The notes: a model not told the origin generated them from the letters alone. DNA of 64,000 nt from Nitrospirota bacterium (GCA_963751455.1 CAVVUN010000015.1:864001-928000); one strand, 5' to 3'; positions 50,467 to 61,146 are shown, counted from the first letter of the stretch. Numbers and translations: made by a program.

Positions 50467-51654
50467 TTATTTATATATTAAATACCGTTTCCTTATCTTT
50501 TCAAATACCCGTGTTTCCGCCTTCCACCACTTCTCCATCTCATCCAGGTCCTTCCATGTCTCGATGTCCTTGCGGAGCCGGTCGGTTCCGGCCAGGATAT
50601 CGATCGGCAGTTTCACCTCCTCGTACTCGTAAGGAGGCTGCTTCCAGGCGAAGTCCCGGGGGTACGTATTGTGGATTGCTTTCAGGATCGCGACCGCAGT
50701 CTTGAACGGCCTGAACTTCTCCCGGTCCGTTACGTGTATCTGCGCACCCCCGCAGAGAGCGCCGGCGTGTTTTTGGAACGTGGGCTGGAAGGAGAGAGGC
50801 CTGAATACCACGCCCGGAAGCCTGAACTCGTCGAGCAGTTTGACCAGGGTCCCGGGATGGATAAAGGGCGCGCCGAAGAGCTCGAAGGGACGGGTCGTGC
50901 CCCTGCCCTCTGAAATGTTCGTGGCTTCCAGCAGGCACATGCCGGGATAGACAAAAGCGGTATCGACTGTAGGCATGTTCGGTGAGGGCATTACCCAGGG
51001 AAGGCCGGTCTGTTCGAACGACATCTTTCGTTTCCAGCCCTGCATCGCGACAACACGATAATCGAGGCCGGGATAGAACTCCGCGCAGAGATAGAGACCG
51101 ATTTCTCCGATTGTCATACCGTGCCGGACCGGGAGCGGCCGCAAGCCGACGAACGAAGCAAACGCGGGATCGAGCACCGGGCCTTCGGTTACCATACCGT
51201 TGAGCGGATTAGGCCGATCGAGTACGACTACCTTTTTGCCTGCCTCGTGACAGGCCTGCATGCAAAGGTCCAGCGTCCAGACAAAGGTATAGTACCGGCT
51301 GCCCACATCCTGCAGGTCGATCACGAGTACGTCGACGTCATCAAGCATGCCGGGCCCGGGCTTTCGCGTCTTTCCGTACAGGCTGTAAACCGGGAGTCCT
51401 GTGACAGGGTCGCGAAAGCCTTCCCATTCGATCATGTTGTCCTGGGTCTGCCCGAGGATGCCGTGCTGGGGGCCGAAAAGGACGCTGACTTTATAGTTTC
51501 TCGATTTCAAGCCGATTTCGACGGCATGCCGGAGCCGCATGTCAACGGACGCGGGATGCACCACGAAGCCGGCGCGCGCCCCTTTTAATTCCCTGGGCCA
51601 GAGCTTTTCGGCCAGATCCAAGCCCGTCCGGATGGTTTTTTTATTCAGGGGCAT
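50467..51654 (-). CDS. namZ: exo-beta-N-acetylmuramidase NamZ (DUF1343) family
   Basis: FGPQHG, VYSLYG, DLQDVGSRYYTF, LDRPNP, RHGMTIGE, SEGRGTT.PF. Confidence 0.88.
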   Translation of the reverse strand: MPLNKKTIRTGLDLAEKLWPRELKGARAGFVVHPASVDMRLRHAVEIGLKSRNYKVSVLFGPQHGILGQTQDNMIEWEGFRDPVTGLPVYSLYGKTRKPGPGMLDDVDVLVIDLQDVGSRYYTFVWTLDLCMQACHEAGKKVVVLDRPNPLNGMVTEGPVLDPAFASFVGLRPLPVRHGMTIGEIGLYLCAEFYPGLDYRVVAMQGWKRKMSFEQTGLPWVMPSPNMPTVDTAFVYPGMCLLEATNISEGRGTTRPFELFGAPFIHPGTLVKLLDEFRLPGVVFRPLSFQPTFQKHAGALCGGAQIHVTDREKFRPFKTAVAILKAIHNTYPRDFAWKQPPYEYEEVKLPIDILAGTDRLRKDIETWKDLDEMEKWWKAETRVFEKIRKRYLIYK

Positions 51655-51717
51655 GCCAAATTATATGGTCTGTGATCGTGAATAGCAACAGGAAAGTTTT
51701 CCCTGCGGCCAAAGGTA

Positions 51718-51746
51718 TTGATAAACGATTAAGTATGAACTATAAT
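51718..51746 (+). promoter_or_regulatory. sigma70-type promoter, possibly leaderless transcript
   Basis: TTGATA-N17-TATAAT, with ATG starting 7 nt after the -10 box. Confidence 0.6.
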
Positions 51747-51752
51747 AAATTT

Positions 51753-51932
51753 ATGATTTATAAAGTGGTCGAAACGAGCATGGTTACCGACGATGATATC
51801 GAGAAGATATTGAATTTATGGACCGGTCAGGGGTATTCTTTCGAGAGCATTCATTTCGTAACTGCCGAATCTTCCCGGAGACCGCAAATGGCTTTTCTGT
51901 TCTTTATTCAGAATGAGCCGCAGCGGACCTGA
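51753..51932 (+). CDS. DUF4177-like small protein
   Basis: YKVVE..IEKILN.WTGQGY.F pattern. Confidence 0.75.
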   Translation: MIYKVVETSMVTDDDIEKILNLWTGQGYSFESIHFVTAESSRRPQMAFLFFIQNEPQRT

Positions 51933-51943
51933 AAAGAGTATCA

Positions 51944-52630
51944 TTGAAAGTCGTTATCATACAAAACGTCACCGTTGAAAGCCCGGGCACGATCGAGCAT
52001 TATCTTCAGGATGAAAACATAGCATATTCAATTGTCGATCTCGGCAAGGGAGACGCTGTACCCGGACCTGACGAGTTTACCCATATCGTTCTCATGGGCG
52101 GGCCTATGGCGGTCTACGAGATGGACCGTTATCCTCAGCTCAGGGAAGAAGCGGTATTGATCAGGCGTGCGATTTTAAGTAACAGGCATGTTCTCGGGGT
52201 ATGCCTGGGCGCGCAGATGGTGGCGCATGCGCTGGGCGCGCGGGTGTATCCGGGAGCCCGGAAGGAGATCGGATGGTATGACGTCACGCTGACTTCCGAA
52301 GGAATTAAGGACGATGTCATGGCATGCCTGGCCATTGACTCCCAAAACAGGGCAAAGGTGTTTCAGTGGCACGGTGACACGTTCGATTTTCCCAGCGGCG
52401 CGGTTCCGCTTGCATCGTCGGACCTCTATCCGAACCAGGCATTTCGTTATTCGGACAGAGTATACGCGCTTCAGTTCCATATCGAAGTGACCCCCGATAT
52501 CGTGTTGAACTGGCTTAAAGACGAAAAGGGAATAGACCTGAGCAGCATCCATGCGGAATCGAACGCAATCTACGATCCATATCGGATACGTGCCAATAAC
52601 TTTTACCGGAAATTTTTCAGCGGGAAATGA
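51944..52630 (+). CDS. type 1 glutamine amidotransferase
   Basis: LMGGPM, GVCLGAQ, FQWHGDTF, QFHIE. Confidence 0.9.
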   Translation: MKVVIIQNVTVESPGTIEHYLQDENIAYSIVDLGKGDAVPGPDEFTHIVLMGGPMAVYEMDRYPQLREEAVLIRRAILSNRHVLGVCLGAQMVAHALGARVYPGARKEIGWYDVTLTSEGIKDDVMACLAIDSQNRAKVFQWHGDTFDFPSGAVPLASSDLYPNQAFRYSDRVYALQFHIEVTPDIVLNWLKDEKGIDLSSIHAESNAIYDPYRIRANNFYRKFFSGK

Positions 52631-52683
52631 GCTCGAGTTTGCGTATTCATTCAACAATGGTCCAATATTCTCATAATCAAACC

Positions 52684-53139
52684 ATGGTCCAAAATGTTTT
52701 ATCTGTCCTTGCGGGAGCGGTCGTCTTTTTCGCTCTTCTGTCGCCGCATAGCGCTTCCGCCCAGGCTGCGTCATCGCCATACCGACTTATCGGTGTAATT
52801 AAGGCCGAAAGCTTTACCGGCGCGGTCCTGGCTGACTCAGCAGGAGGCCAAGTGCTGTACCGTATTTACGATCAGCTGCCGGATGGATCAAAGCTCGTCA
52901 GGGTAGCGAATGACAGTATTTTACTGAAGAGCAACGACGGTGTTTCTTACGAAATATACATAGCGCATGACCGGCTGGTTCCGCCGAATACACCGGTGAA
53001 TGCCGATAGGGTCGTCACGCCCGCTGTGCAGGAAGGCGGCCGGGACGAAAGACGGGCTGTGAGGCCGGAGGCGCGCCCAAGAGACGGTAAAAAAAGAGCG
53101 GACAGGCGGCGTTCCCGTATGGTCGAGGCTGAAGAGTAA
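52684..53139 (+). CDS. exported protein paralogous to the GspC periplasmic HR domain
   Basis: Signal peptide ending ASA; YRLIG..GAVL.DS..YRI..LPDGS aligns with downstream GspC. Confidence 0.75.
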   Translation: MVQNVLSVLAGAVVFFALLSPHSASAQAASSPYRLIGVIKAESFTGAVLADSAGGQVLYRIYDQLPDGSKLVRVANDSILLKSNDGVSYEIYIAHDRLVPPNTPVNADRVVTPAVQEGGRDERRAVRPEARPRDGKKRADRRRSRMVEAEE

Positions 53140-53252
53140 ACAGGCGGTCGAACCCCGTTCAAGTCGCAGAATTAGGACATTATTTTCTCGGTTGCTTGTT
53201 TGATACTTTTGGTCTCTTTATTGAAAAAGGCTTTTCAAATGGCTGTTACTAA

Positions 53253-53281
53253 TTGACAAGGCCTGCTGTTGAGAGTATAAT
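53253..53281 (+). promoter_or_regulatory. consensus sigma70 promoter of the gsp operon
   Basis: TTGACA-N17-TATAAT; palindrome ttgaaaaaggcttttcaa at 53221-53238 just upstream. Confidence 0.8.
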
Positions 53282-53322
53282 TTTGTAGTTAATTTGGTAT
53301 TAAAAAAGTACAGTATACCTGC

Positions 53323-54147
53323 ATGAAGCCGAATAAGAAGACATACTCATTGGTCCTTGTGGCGCTGTTGACCGTTTCCGCCTATTTTCTTGCGGATACC
53401 GTAGACGCCATGATCGGGAGGAGCCTGGATGCCGCGCCGAAATTCACAACGCCGCTCCAGCGCGACAGGTCCGTTATTGAGCCACGGCGCGAACTGAGCG
53501 ATTATTCTTCCATTCTGGACCGGGGCATTTTCGGGGAGGGCAAGTCCTCCTCTGCCGCTCCGGCCGCCGTCGAAACCACCTTGTATAAACTGATCGGCAC
53601 TGTTGAAGGCGACGTCTTCGCGGGAGCGGTGCTCGAGGACAGCACCGGCCAGGCTTTTTACCGTATTCATCAAACACTTCCGGACGGGTCACAGATCGTC
53701 AAGGTCCTTCAAGACAGGGTAACGCTCAAACGGAGCGACGGCGCAAAATCGGAACTCCAGATCGTGGACGATACAAAAATCGTGAATGTGAACAAGTCCG
53801 CCGGCAACAGCGCCCGGAAGGGTCCGGACGGCAAGTGGTTGCTCGACCAGAGGGAGGTTGCGGCGGGCACGGAAAACCTGAGTCAGCTTCTGACACAGGC
53901 GCGGGCGCTGCCGTACATGGAACAGGGAAAAACCGTAGGGTTCCGGATCAGTGAGATCGTTCCTGGAAGCCTGTACGAAAAGATCGGGTTGCAGAACGGA
54001 GATGTAATCCAGAAGATAAATTCGCAGGAAGTGGATGATCCGGGCAAGTTCTTCCAGATGTACCAGAGCCTGAAAGAGGAGCGGAGCATATCGCTTGACC
54101 TGGTGCGCGCAGGCCAGCGGCAGACGCTGAACTACGAAATCCGTTAA
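53323..54147 (+). CDS. gspC: type II secretion protein C
   Basis: N-terminal TM, HR domain, PDZ (GFRI..GSLYEKIGLQNGDVI), first gene of the operon. Confidence 0.9.
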   Translation: MKPNKKTYSLVLVALLTVSAYFLADTVDAMIGRSLDAAPKFTTPLQRDRSVIEPRRELSDYSSILDRGIFGEGKSSSAAPAAVETTLYKLIGTVEGDVFAGAVLEDSTGQAFYRIHQTLPDGSQIVKVLQDRVTLKRSDGAKSELQIVDDTKIVNVNKSAGNSARKGPDGKWLLDQREVAAGTENLSQLLTQARALPYMEQGKTVGFRISEIVPGSLYEKIGLQNGDVIQKINSQEVDDPGKFFQMYQSLKEERSISLDLVRAGQRQTLNYEIR

Positions 54148-54306
54148 GCAATCCAGTCATCGAGCACTCGATACGCGGAAGCACCGCGGCAGGGACGAAG
54201 CAATGAGGGACGATTTGTTTCAGGGCATCTTTCGTCCCTCTTCCTTCGTCTTGTCCTTTCAAGCAGTCCGTAACTTGAGCATCTATTCATAATCCGGAGG
54301 ACGATA

Positions 54307-56314
54307 GTGAAAAAACCAGCAGCCCTGCTGCTTCTCGTGCTTGTCACCGCAAGCGGAGTACCTGCCCAGCAGGCGCCTTCCGCCCCTGCCGCCACTCCTG
54401 CTCAGAAACAGGCGGATGTTCCCAAAATCAAGGTCCGCGACGATTTCGTTACGCTGAACTTTACGAACATCGACATCTCCGCCCTTGTCAAGGTAATGAG
54501 CGAGCTTATGGGGCGTAATTTTCTTCTTGATGAACGCGTTACCGGCAAGGTGACGCTTATGACGCCGAAGAAAATATCGCCGGGAGAAGCGTATCAGGTA
54601 TTTCTTTCCGCGCTCGAGTTGAAGGGTTTTACGGCTGTTGACGACGGAAAGATCACCAGGATTATTCCGTCTGCGACGGCCCGCCAGAGCGGGCTCAAGG
54701 TGTACCAGGATGATGATTTTTCAGGCCAGGGATTCGTCACCAAGCTTATCCGGCTGTCGTACGTCAATCCCAATGAAATTGTGCGCACGCTCACGCCGCT
54801 CGTCAGCAAGGACGGGTCGATGATCTCGTACCCGGCAACGAGCTCGATCATCATTACGGAATCCGTCCATAATATCAGAAAAATGGAGAGCCTGATCGGT
54901 GCGCTGGATGTGCCGGCCCCCGAAGGCAGGGGCAAGATCAACGTCTATTACCTGAGGCACGCCAATTCCGAGGATTTTGCGAAGGTAATGTCGGCGCTTG
55001 TTGCGCGGCTGCCGGTACCGCCGCCGGGGGCAGCCCCAGACGGGGCCATCGACCATTCTTGAAGGCCAGGTCACGATCAGTTCGGATAAGGCGACGAACG
55101 CGCTGATCATCGTGGCTTCGCCGGGCGATTTCGAAACCATCAAGGATGTGATCCAGAAGCTGGATATCAGGCGGCGGCAGGTCTACGTCGAGGTCGCGAT
55201 CATAGAAATGAGCCTGAACAAACAGCGGGAACTGGGCTTCGAGTTCCAGGCCGCCAATCTGAACCAGCTCGATAACCCCAACAAGATTACCGCTGTCGGA
55301 GGCACGAATTACGGAACTATCGGGAACGTGGTCTTGAACGGACCCGCCGGACTGGCAGGCTTGAACGGTCTTGCCGTCGGCGCGGTTAAAGGAACATTCA
55401 GGTTCAGGGGCCAGGAATTCCTGAACGTGGGCGCGCTGCTGCGCGCGCTCCAGACGGACAGCGACGTGAACGTGCTTTCGACCCCGAACATTCTAACCAC
55501 GGACAACATGAAGGCAGAGATTATGGTCGGCGAAAACGTGCCCTTTGTAGGGAGCCAGACCCAATCGGCGACTACGGGGGGCGTCCCAACGTACAATATC
55601 GAGCGAAAGGACGTAGGCATCACGCTCAAACTGACGCCGCAGATCACCTCGGATGACAACGTGAAGCTTGATATAAACCAGGAAATTTCATCTATCATTG
55701 CGACAGCAGGGATTAATCCCAACCTGCTCGGACCGAGCACAAGCAAACGTTCCGCAACGACGACCGTCGTGGTCAAGGACCGCGAGACCATGGTCATCGG
55801 CGGCCTCATCCGGGACAATGTAACGTCGTCGACATCGAAGGTCCCGCTCCTGGGCGATATCCCGCTCCTGGGATGGTTCTTCAAATCGAAAACGGCGAGG
55901 GTTGAAAAAACAAACCTTATGATTTTTATTACTCCGTATATCATTAAGAACGAGAACGAGGCTGAGGAAATCACCCGCAGAAAAGGAGAGGGCCTCGAGG
56001 ATTTCCGTAAACAGCACGGGATCGAAAAGAAACGCACCCAGCCGACACTGCTTATGCCCTCACCTTCCGGAGAAATTACCGGTACGACCGGTACAACCGT
56101 GAGCGGAACGGGTACTCCCGTGACCGGAACAACTGGGACGAATGGTACAAGCGGTACGACCGGCACAAACGAGCACAACATGAACAGCAAGGACCTGCAG
56201 TCCGGACCCACGAACACCGGCGAGGTCATTCAATCGGAACCCACGGGTACGGGCGAGTTCATTCAATCTGAACCCACGGGTACGATACCGGACGCCGGGG
56301 AGGGCCAGCGGTGA
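54307..56314 (+). CDS. gspD: type II secretion secretin (apparent +1 indel near 55035)
   Basis: TLNFTNIDI N0 domain, LDIRRRQVYVE, VLSTP, DVGITL.LTP, KVPLLGDIP; two ORFs join at a C run. Confidence 0.93.
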
Positions 56315-57996
56315 GACGGCTGATCGGGGAGATACTGGTCGAGTCAGGGCTTTCCCCGGAGAGACTCAAAAAAGCGCTTGACCTGCAGAAAAAACGGGGA
56401 GGCAGGATCGGCACGCTCCTGGTCCGCCTCGCCTTCGTTACGGAAGAGGACGTGCTGAAGGCGCTCGGCACGCAGCTCGGACTGCCCTTTTTCCCGGATT
56501 TCGGGGACATCGACCGGGAACTCGCCCTCAAACTTCCAATTACGTACGCGAAGAAGGCCGTGGTGCTTCCGCTGCGCCGCGAGAACGGCGCCATCATCGC
56601 CGCCACCGCGGAGCCGCTTTTACTGGGCACCGTGGAAGACCTCCGCGTCCTTTTCGGGTCGGACGTTTCATTCGGTCTCGCTCCCACCGAGAAGATCCTC
56701 GACACCGTCAATCGTCTTCACAGCGAGGACATGAACAAGGCCGAAGACACCGTCCAGCAGATGGAAGAGGACGATCTGTCGTTCCTGGCCGCAGAACTGG
56801 AAGAACCTACCGACCTGCTCGAGGTGACCGACGATGCGCCCATCATCAGGCTCGTAAATTCTCTGCTGTCGCAGGCGATCAGGGAGCGGGCGAGCGACAT
56901 TCATGTGGAGCCGTTCGAGAAAGACGTGATTGCGCGGTTTCGCATCGACGGCATCCTTTACAATATTCTCACCATACAGAAGCGGTACCAGGCCAGCATA
57001 GCGTCGCGCGTCAAGATCATGGCCGGCCTGAACATCGCCGAGAAGCGGCTGCCGCAGGACGGCGGCATGCGGATCAAGATCGGCGGTAAAGACGTCGATA
57101 TCCGCGTATCGATCGTGCCAACGGCATTCGGCGAGCGGATCGTTCTTCGTCTGCTCTACCGGGAGAGCGCTTTGCTCCCGCTCGAAGAGATCGGGTTCGC
57201 GGGAGCGAATCTCGACTCTTTTAACGACCTTATTACCCGGCCGCACGGCATCATACTCGTGACCGGTCCGACGGGAAGCGGCAAGACGACGACGCTGTAT
57301 GCAGCGCTCTCGAAAATCAACTCGCCCGACAAGAACATCATCACCATCGAGGACCCGATCGAGTACCAGTTGAAGGGGATCGGGCAGATCCAGGTGAATT
57401 CAAAGATCAATCTCACGTTTGCGGCCGGGCTCCGGTCGGTGCTCAGACAGGACCCGGATGTCATCCTCGTCGGTGAGATCCGCGACTCCGAGACCGCTGA
57501 GATCGCGATCCAGGCTGCGCTCACCGGCCACCTCGTGTTCTCAACGCTTCATACGAACGACGCCGCGGGCGCCGTTACCCGGCTGATTGATATGAAAATC
57601 GAACCGTTTCTGATCTCGTCCTCCGTCATGGCCATCCTGGCGCAGCGGCTGGTGCGCGTCCTGTGCAAGGAGTGCCGCGAGCCCTACGTGATAACGGACG
57701 CGGAGATTACCGAACTCGAGTTAAAGAACGGCGAAGCGGGAAAGACAGTCTACCGCGCGAAAGGCTGCGAGACCTGCTTCAACACCGGGTACCTTGGCCG
57801 CAAGGCGATCTACGAGCTGCTCCTCGTGGACGACGAGGTCCGCCAACTCATCATGAAAAATTCGGACGCAGCTACGGTCAAGGCGGCTGCCATGCAGAAG
57901 GGTATGCGTACTCTGCGGCAGGACGGCGCAGACAGTATTCTGAACGGCATCACGTCGGTCGACGAGGTGGTGCGCGTGACGCAGAGAGAAGTGTAG
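56311..57996 (+). CDS. gspE: type II secretion ATPase
   Basis: DDAPIIRLVN, ASDIHVEP, GPTGSGKTTT, LRQDPD. Confidence 0.96.
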   Translation: MRRLIGEILVESGLSPERLKKALDLQKKRGGRIGTLLVRLAFVTEEDVLKALGTQLGLPFFPDFGDIDRELALKLPITYAKKAVVLPLRRENGAIIAATAEPLLLGTVEDLRVLFGSDVSFGLAPTEKILDTVNRLHSEDMNKAEDTVQQMEEDDLSFLAAELEEPTDLLEVTDDAPIIRLVNSLLSQAIRERASDIHVEPFEKDVIARFRIDGILYNILTIQKRYQASIASRVKIMAGLNIAEKRLPQDGGMRIKIGGKDVDIRVSIVPTAFGERIVLRLLYRESALLPLEEIGFAGANLDSFNDLITRPHGIILVTGPTGSGKTTTLYAALSKINSPDKNIITIEDPIEYQLKGIGQIQVNSKINLTFAAGLRSVLRQDPDVILVGEIRDSETAEIAIQAALTGHLVFSTLHTNDAAGAVTRLIDMKIEPFLISSSVMAILAQRLVRVLCKECREPYVITDAEITELELKNGEAGKTVYRAKGCETCFNTGYLGRKAIYELLLVDDEVRQLIMKNSDAATVKAAAMQKGMRTLRQDGADSILNGITSVDEVVRVTQREV

Positions 57997-58021
57997 CCGC
58001 CAAGCGCCAAATAGCAAATAC

Positions 58022-58066
58022 CGCCCTGCACTCGCGACAAGCGCTCGTTACTGCTGGGTGCAAGCA
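58022..58066. repeat. GCTTGCACCC..GTGCAGGGCG palindromic insert (reverse orientation)
   Basis: Reverse complement matches the elements at 60060-60151 and 61292-61338. Confidence 0.7.
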
Positions 58067-58161
58067 AATCCCAAATTATATTCAAAAAGAGAAATCTCAA
58101 TTTCCAAAACATAGGAATTTGGGTTTGGAGACTGTCATTTGGGAGTTTGATTTAAGGATAT

Positions 58162-59379
58162 ATGCCAGTCTACGTATATAAAGGTGTAACCACTCTCGGG
58201 AAAAAAGTCTCCGGTGTCCAGGACGGGGAAGGACTGAAGTCCGTCCGGGCGAAGCTGAAAAAGGACGGGGTTGTCGTACTCGAGATCCACGAAGGAAGCG
58301 GAATCCGGGCCCGGGGATCAAGGGAGTTCAGGCTCGGCGCCGGCAGAGTACGGCTCGGCGACCTGGCAAACGCGACACGGCAGCTGGCGACGCTTCTTTC
58401 CTCGGGCCTTCCGCTCATGGACTCGCTCACAGTGCTCGTGGAGCAGGAGGAAAATCAGGGACTGAAGAGCGCGCTTTCATCGGTTCGGGACGACGTGCGG
58501 GAAGGCGCCTCCCTTGCGGATGCCCTTAAGGCGAATCCGAAGGCATTTTCTCAGCTGTACGTCAACATGGTCTCTGCAGGCGAGGCGAGCGGAACGCTGG
58601 AAATTACGCTTGACCGGCTGGCGGATTTTCTCGAAGAGCAGGTGCGGTTCCGCGGCAAGTTCACCGCCGCACTCGCTTATCCCGTGCTCATGACGATTGT
58701 CGGCGTGGGGGTGCTCTTTTTCCTGTTCAGCTTCGTGCTGCCCCGCGTGGTGGGCATGTTCGACGACATGAAACAGCAGCTTCCGTTTATCACCCTGGCC
58801 CTGCTGGCGCTCGTGAGACTCTTTTCGTCTTTCTGGTGGGCGATCCTGATAGTGTTCGGAGGGACCGCATATTATCTGAGACGGTTCTTCAGTACGCCCG
58901 CGGGAAAAACCCGGCTGGACGAATGGCTCCTGCGGATGCCCGTGTTCGGGACCCTTATCCGGATGATCGCGGTCTCCCGTTTTACCAGAACACTCGGAAC
59001 GCTGCTGGAGAGCGGCGTGCCTGCGCTGACCGCGCTCGATATCGTCAAAAACGTTATCGGCAACTCGGTGCTTGCCGATGCCGTGCATAAGGCGCGCGAG
59101 AACGTGCGGGAAGGCGAGCCGATTGCCGATCCGCTGAGGAGAAGCGGGCTGTTCCCCCCGGTCGTGGTCCAGATGGTCGCCGTGGGCGAAAAGAGCGGTG
59201 AACTCGAAAAGATGCTTCTAAAGATATCCGATTCCTTCGACCGCACAGTGGAAACGCGGATCACGGCGCTTATGTCGCTTCTCGAGCCTGTTATCATTCT
59301 TGCGATGGGCTTGATTGTCGGATTTATCGTGATTGCAATCATGCTGCCGATACTCCAGATGAGTTCGGGAGTGAGGTAA
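58162..59379 (+). CDS. gspF: type II secretion inner membrane platform
   Basis: TRQLATLL.SG.PL, AGEASG.L, ALAYP, VGEKSGEL, LLEP. Confidence 0.96.
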   Translation: MPVYVYKGVTTLGKKVSGVQDGEGLKSVRAKLKKDGVVVLEIHEGSGIRARGSREFRLGAGRVRLGDLANATRQLATLLSSGLPLMDSLTVLVEQEENQGLKSALSSVRDDVREGASLADALKANPKAFSQLYVNMVSAGEASGTLEITLDRLADFLEEQVRFRGKFTAALAYPVLMTIVGVGVLFFLFSFVLPRVVGMFDDMKQQLPFITLALLALVRLFSSFWWAILIVFGGTAYYLRRFFSTPAGKTRLDEWLLRMPVFGTLIRMIAVSRFTRTLGTLLESGVPALTALDIVKNVIGNSVLADAVHKARENVREGEPIADPLRRSGLFPPVVVQMVAVGEKSGELEKMLLKISDSFDRTVETRITALMSLLEPVIILAMGLIVGFIVIAIMLPILQMSSGVR

Positions 59380-59576
59380 GAATTAATTTTAGCCACAGAT
59401 GAACGCGGGTGAACACAGATAAGGACGGAAACCACGGGAGCTTCGCTCACACGGGCTTCGCGTCACGGTAAAAAATAAAGCCTGCTTTTGCTTTAAAACC
59501 GGGAATTTTATCTGTGTGTGCGGCGGAGCCGCACCCGTGTTTATCCGTGGTTACAAATGCATTTAGGAGGTTGTTC

Positions 59577-60008
59577 ATGAAGAATCAGAAAGGTTTTACC
59601 CTAATCGAGATCATGGTCGTGGTCATTATCCTCGGTCTTCTCGCGGGGCTGGTGCTGCCCAGGATCCTCGGGCAGGAGGAAAAGGCGAAGGTCGAGTCTG
59701 CCAAGGTGCAGATCCGGTCGCTTGAAGACGCGCTGGATGCATACAAGCTCGACAACGGCTTCTATCCGACAACGGACCAGGGCCTGGAGGCCCTGATTAA
59801 AAAACCCGAAGCAGGACGGGTCCCGGTAAAATGGCGCGAAGGCGGTTACCTGAAACCCGCTCGGATTCCGAAGGACCCCTGGAGCAAGGATTTTGTATTT
59901 CTTTCTCCGGGAAACGAAGGCCGGGAGTATGATATCGTCTCTTACGGTGCAGACAATGAGCCGGGAGGCGAAGGCAACAATGCGGACATTGAAAGCTGGA
60001 AAATGTAG
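59577..60008 (+). CDS. gspG: major pseudopilin
   Basis: GFTLIEIMVV, YKLDNG.YPTTDQGL.AL, KDPW; AGGAGG RBS. Confidence 0.97.
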   Translation: MKNQKGFTLIEIMVVVIILGLLAGLVLPRILGQEEKAKVESAKVQIRSLEDALDAYKLDNGFYPTTDQGLEALIKKPEAGRVPVKWREGGYLKPARIPKDPWSKDFVFLSPGNEGREYDIVSYGADNEPGGEGNNADIESWKM

Positions 60009-60684
60009 TAAGTATCATTGCGGAATAGAGGTCGAGACAAAAATCCGAAATCCGAAATTCGCTTGCACCCAGTCGGTTACGAGTGCGGCAGCGCGAGCCT
60101 GCGCCCAACGAATTCGAGTGCGTCCGCGCGAGAGTCCGGGTGTGCAGGGCGAAATCCGAAATAGGAAGGGTTTTACCCTCATCGAGCTTGCTGTCGTAAT
60201 CGCGATACTGGGCATTATGATCGCTCTGGTTGCGCCGCGGATGGGCGAACTCGGTGAAGCGAATTTGAAGCGAAGCGCCAGGCACCTGACGGGCATGATC
60301 CGCTTTCTTCACGATGAGGCCCAGGCAAAAAAGACAGAGTATCGCCTTACCTTCGACGTGCCGGGTGGTCATTACTGGGCGGAGACGTGGGTATACACGG
60401 ATGACGTGGCAGGATCGGGTGATAAACCCGCATTCAGAACCAGGGAGCTCAAGCGTTATCAGTCGGCTATTGCCGGAGAAGGATCTCTTTCTGGTGAGAC
60501 TAAATTTCGCGACATTGTCGTAGCGAGCCATCCAGACGATGCTTACATGCTGTTCACACCCGATGGCTGGGTCGAGCACGCGCTCATTCATCTCCGGGAC
60601 GGCAGCGACCGCGATTTTACGCTGGTTGTGAAACCGCTTACCGGCGCTACCGAACTCCGTGAAGGGTATGTGGAGGAACGGTAA
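59980..60684 (+). CDS. gspH: minor pseudopilin H with repeat-expanded leader (start uncertain, alternative GTG 60142)
   Basis: GFTLIELAVV at 60169; FTPDG; position after gspG. Confidence 0.85.
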   Translation: MRTLKAGKCSKYHCGIEVETKIRNPKFACTQSVTSAAARACAQRIRVRPRESPGVQGEIRNRKGFTLIELAVVIAILGIMIALVAPRMGELGEANLKRSARHLTGMIRFLHDEAQAKKTEYRLTFDVPGGHYWAETWVYTDDVAGSGDKPAFRTRELKRYQSAIAGEGSLSGETKFRDIVVASHPDDAYMLFTPDGWVEHALIHLRDGSDRDFTLVVKPLTGATELREGYVEER

Positions 60685-60687
60685 ATA

Positions 60688-61146
60688 ATGGACGCCGGGA
60701 AGAGAAGACGCGGTGAGGAGGAAAGGGAGAATACATCCGATTCTATGATTTTTATTCGTCCTTCGTCCTTCGTCCCTCGCCACACGACGGGTTTCACGCT
60801 CCTCGAAGTGATGATTGCGGTCTCAATCCTGGCCATCGTTCTGGTCTCGCTTCTGGGGTTGAAGAGCAGAAGCACGCAGAATGTAATGATGTCGGAGCGT
60901 ATTACAACAGCCACGCTTCTTGCGAAGAGGGAGATGACCGAAATGCTTCAAAATGCGGCATCCCGGCCGAAAGAAAATGAGTCGGAAGGCGAGTTTGAGG
61001 AAGAGGAATTCAGGGACTATTCCTGGAAAAAGACTATAGCGACCATGACGCCGCTCCAAAATGTACAGATTACTGAAATTAAAGTGGCGGTTCTCTGGAA
61101 GGAAGGCGAACGCCAAGAGATGGTTGAACTGGTGAGCTATGAATGA
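60688..61146 (+). CDS. gspI: minor pseudopilin I
   Basis: GFTLLEVMIAVSILAI; operon order. Confidence 0.88.
   Translation: MDAGKRRRGEEERENTSDSMIFIRPSSFVPRHTTGFTLLEVMIAVSILAIVLVSLLGLKSRSTQNVMMSERITTATLLAKREMTEMLQNAASRPKENESEGEFEEEEFRDYSWKKTIATMTPLQNVQITEIKVAVLWKEGERQEMVELVSYE

Noticed and set aside
59514-59576. Extended GspG N-terminus in the ORF track
   Set aside because: Derived from an intergenic repeat; AGGAGG precedes ATG 59577
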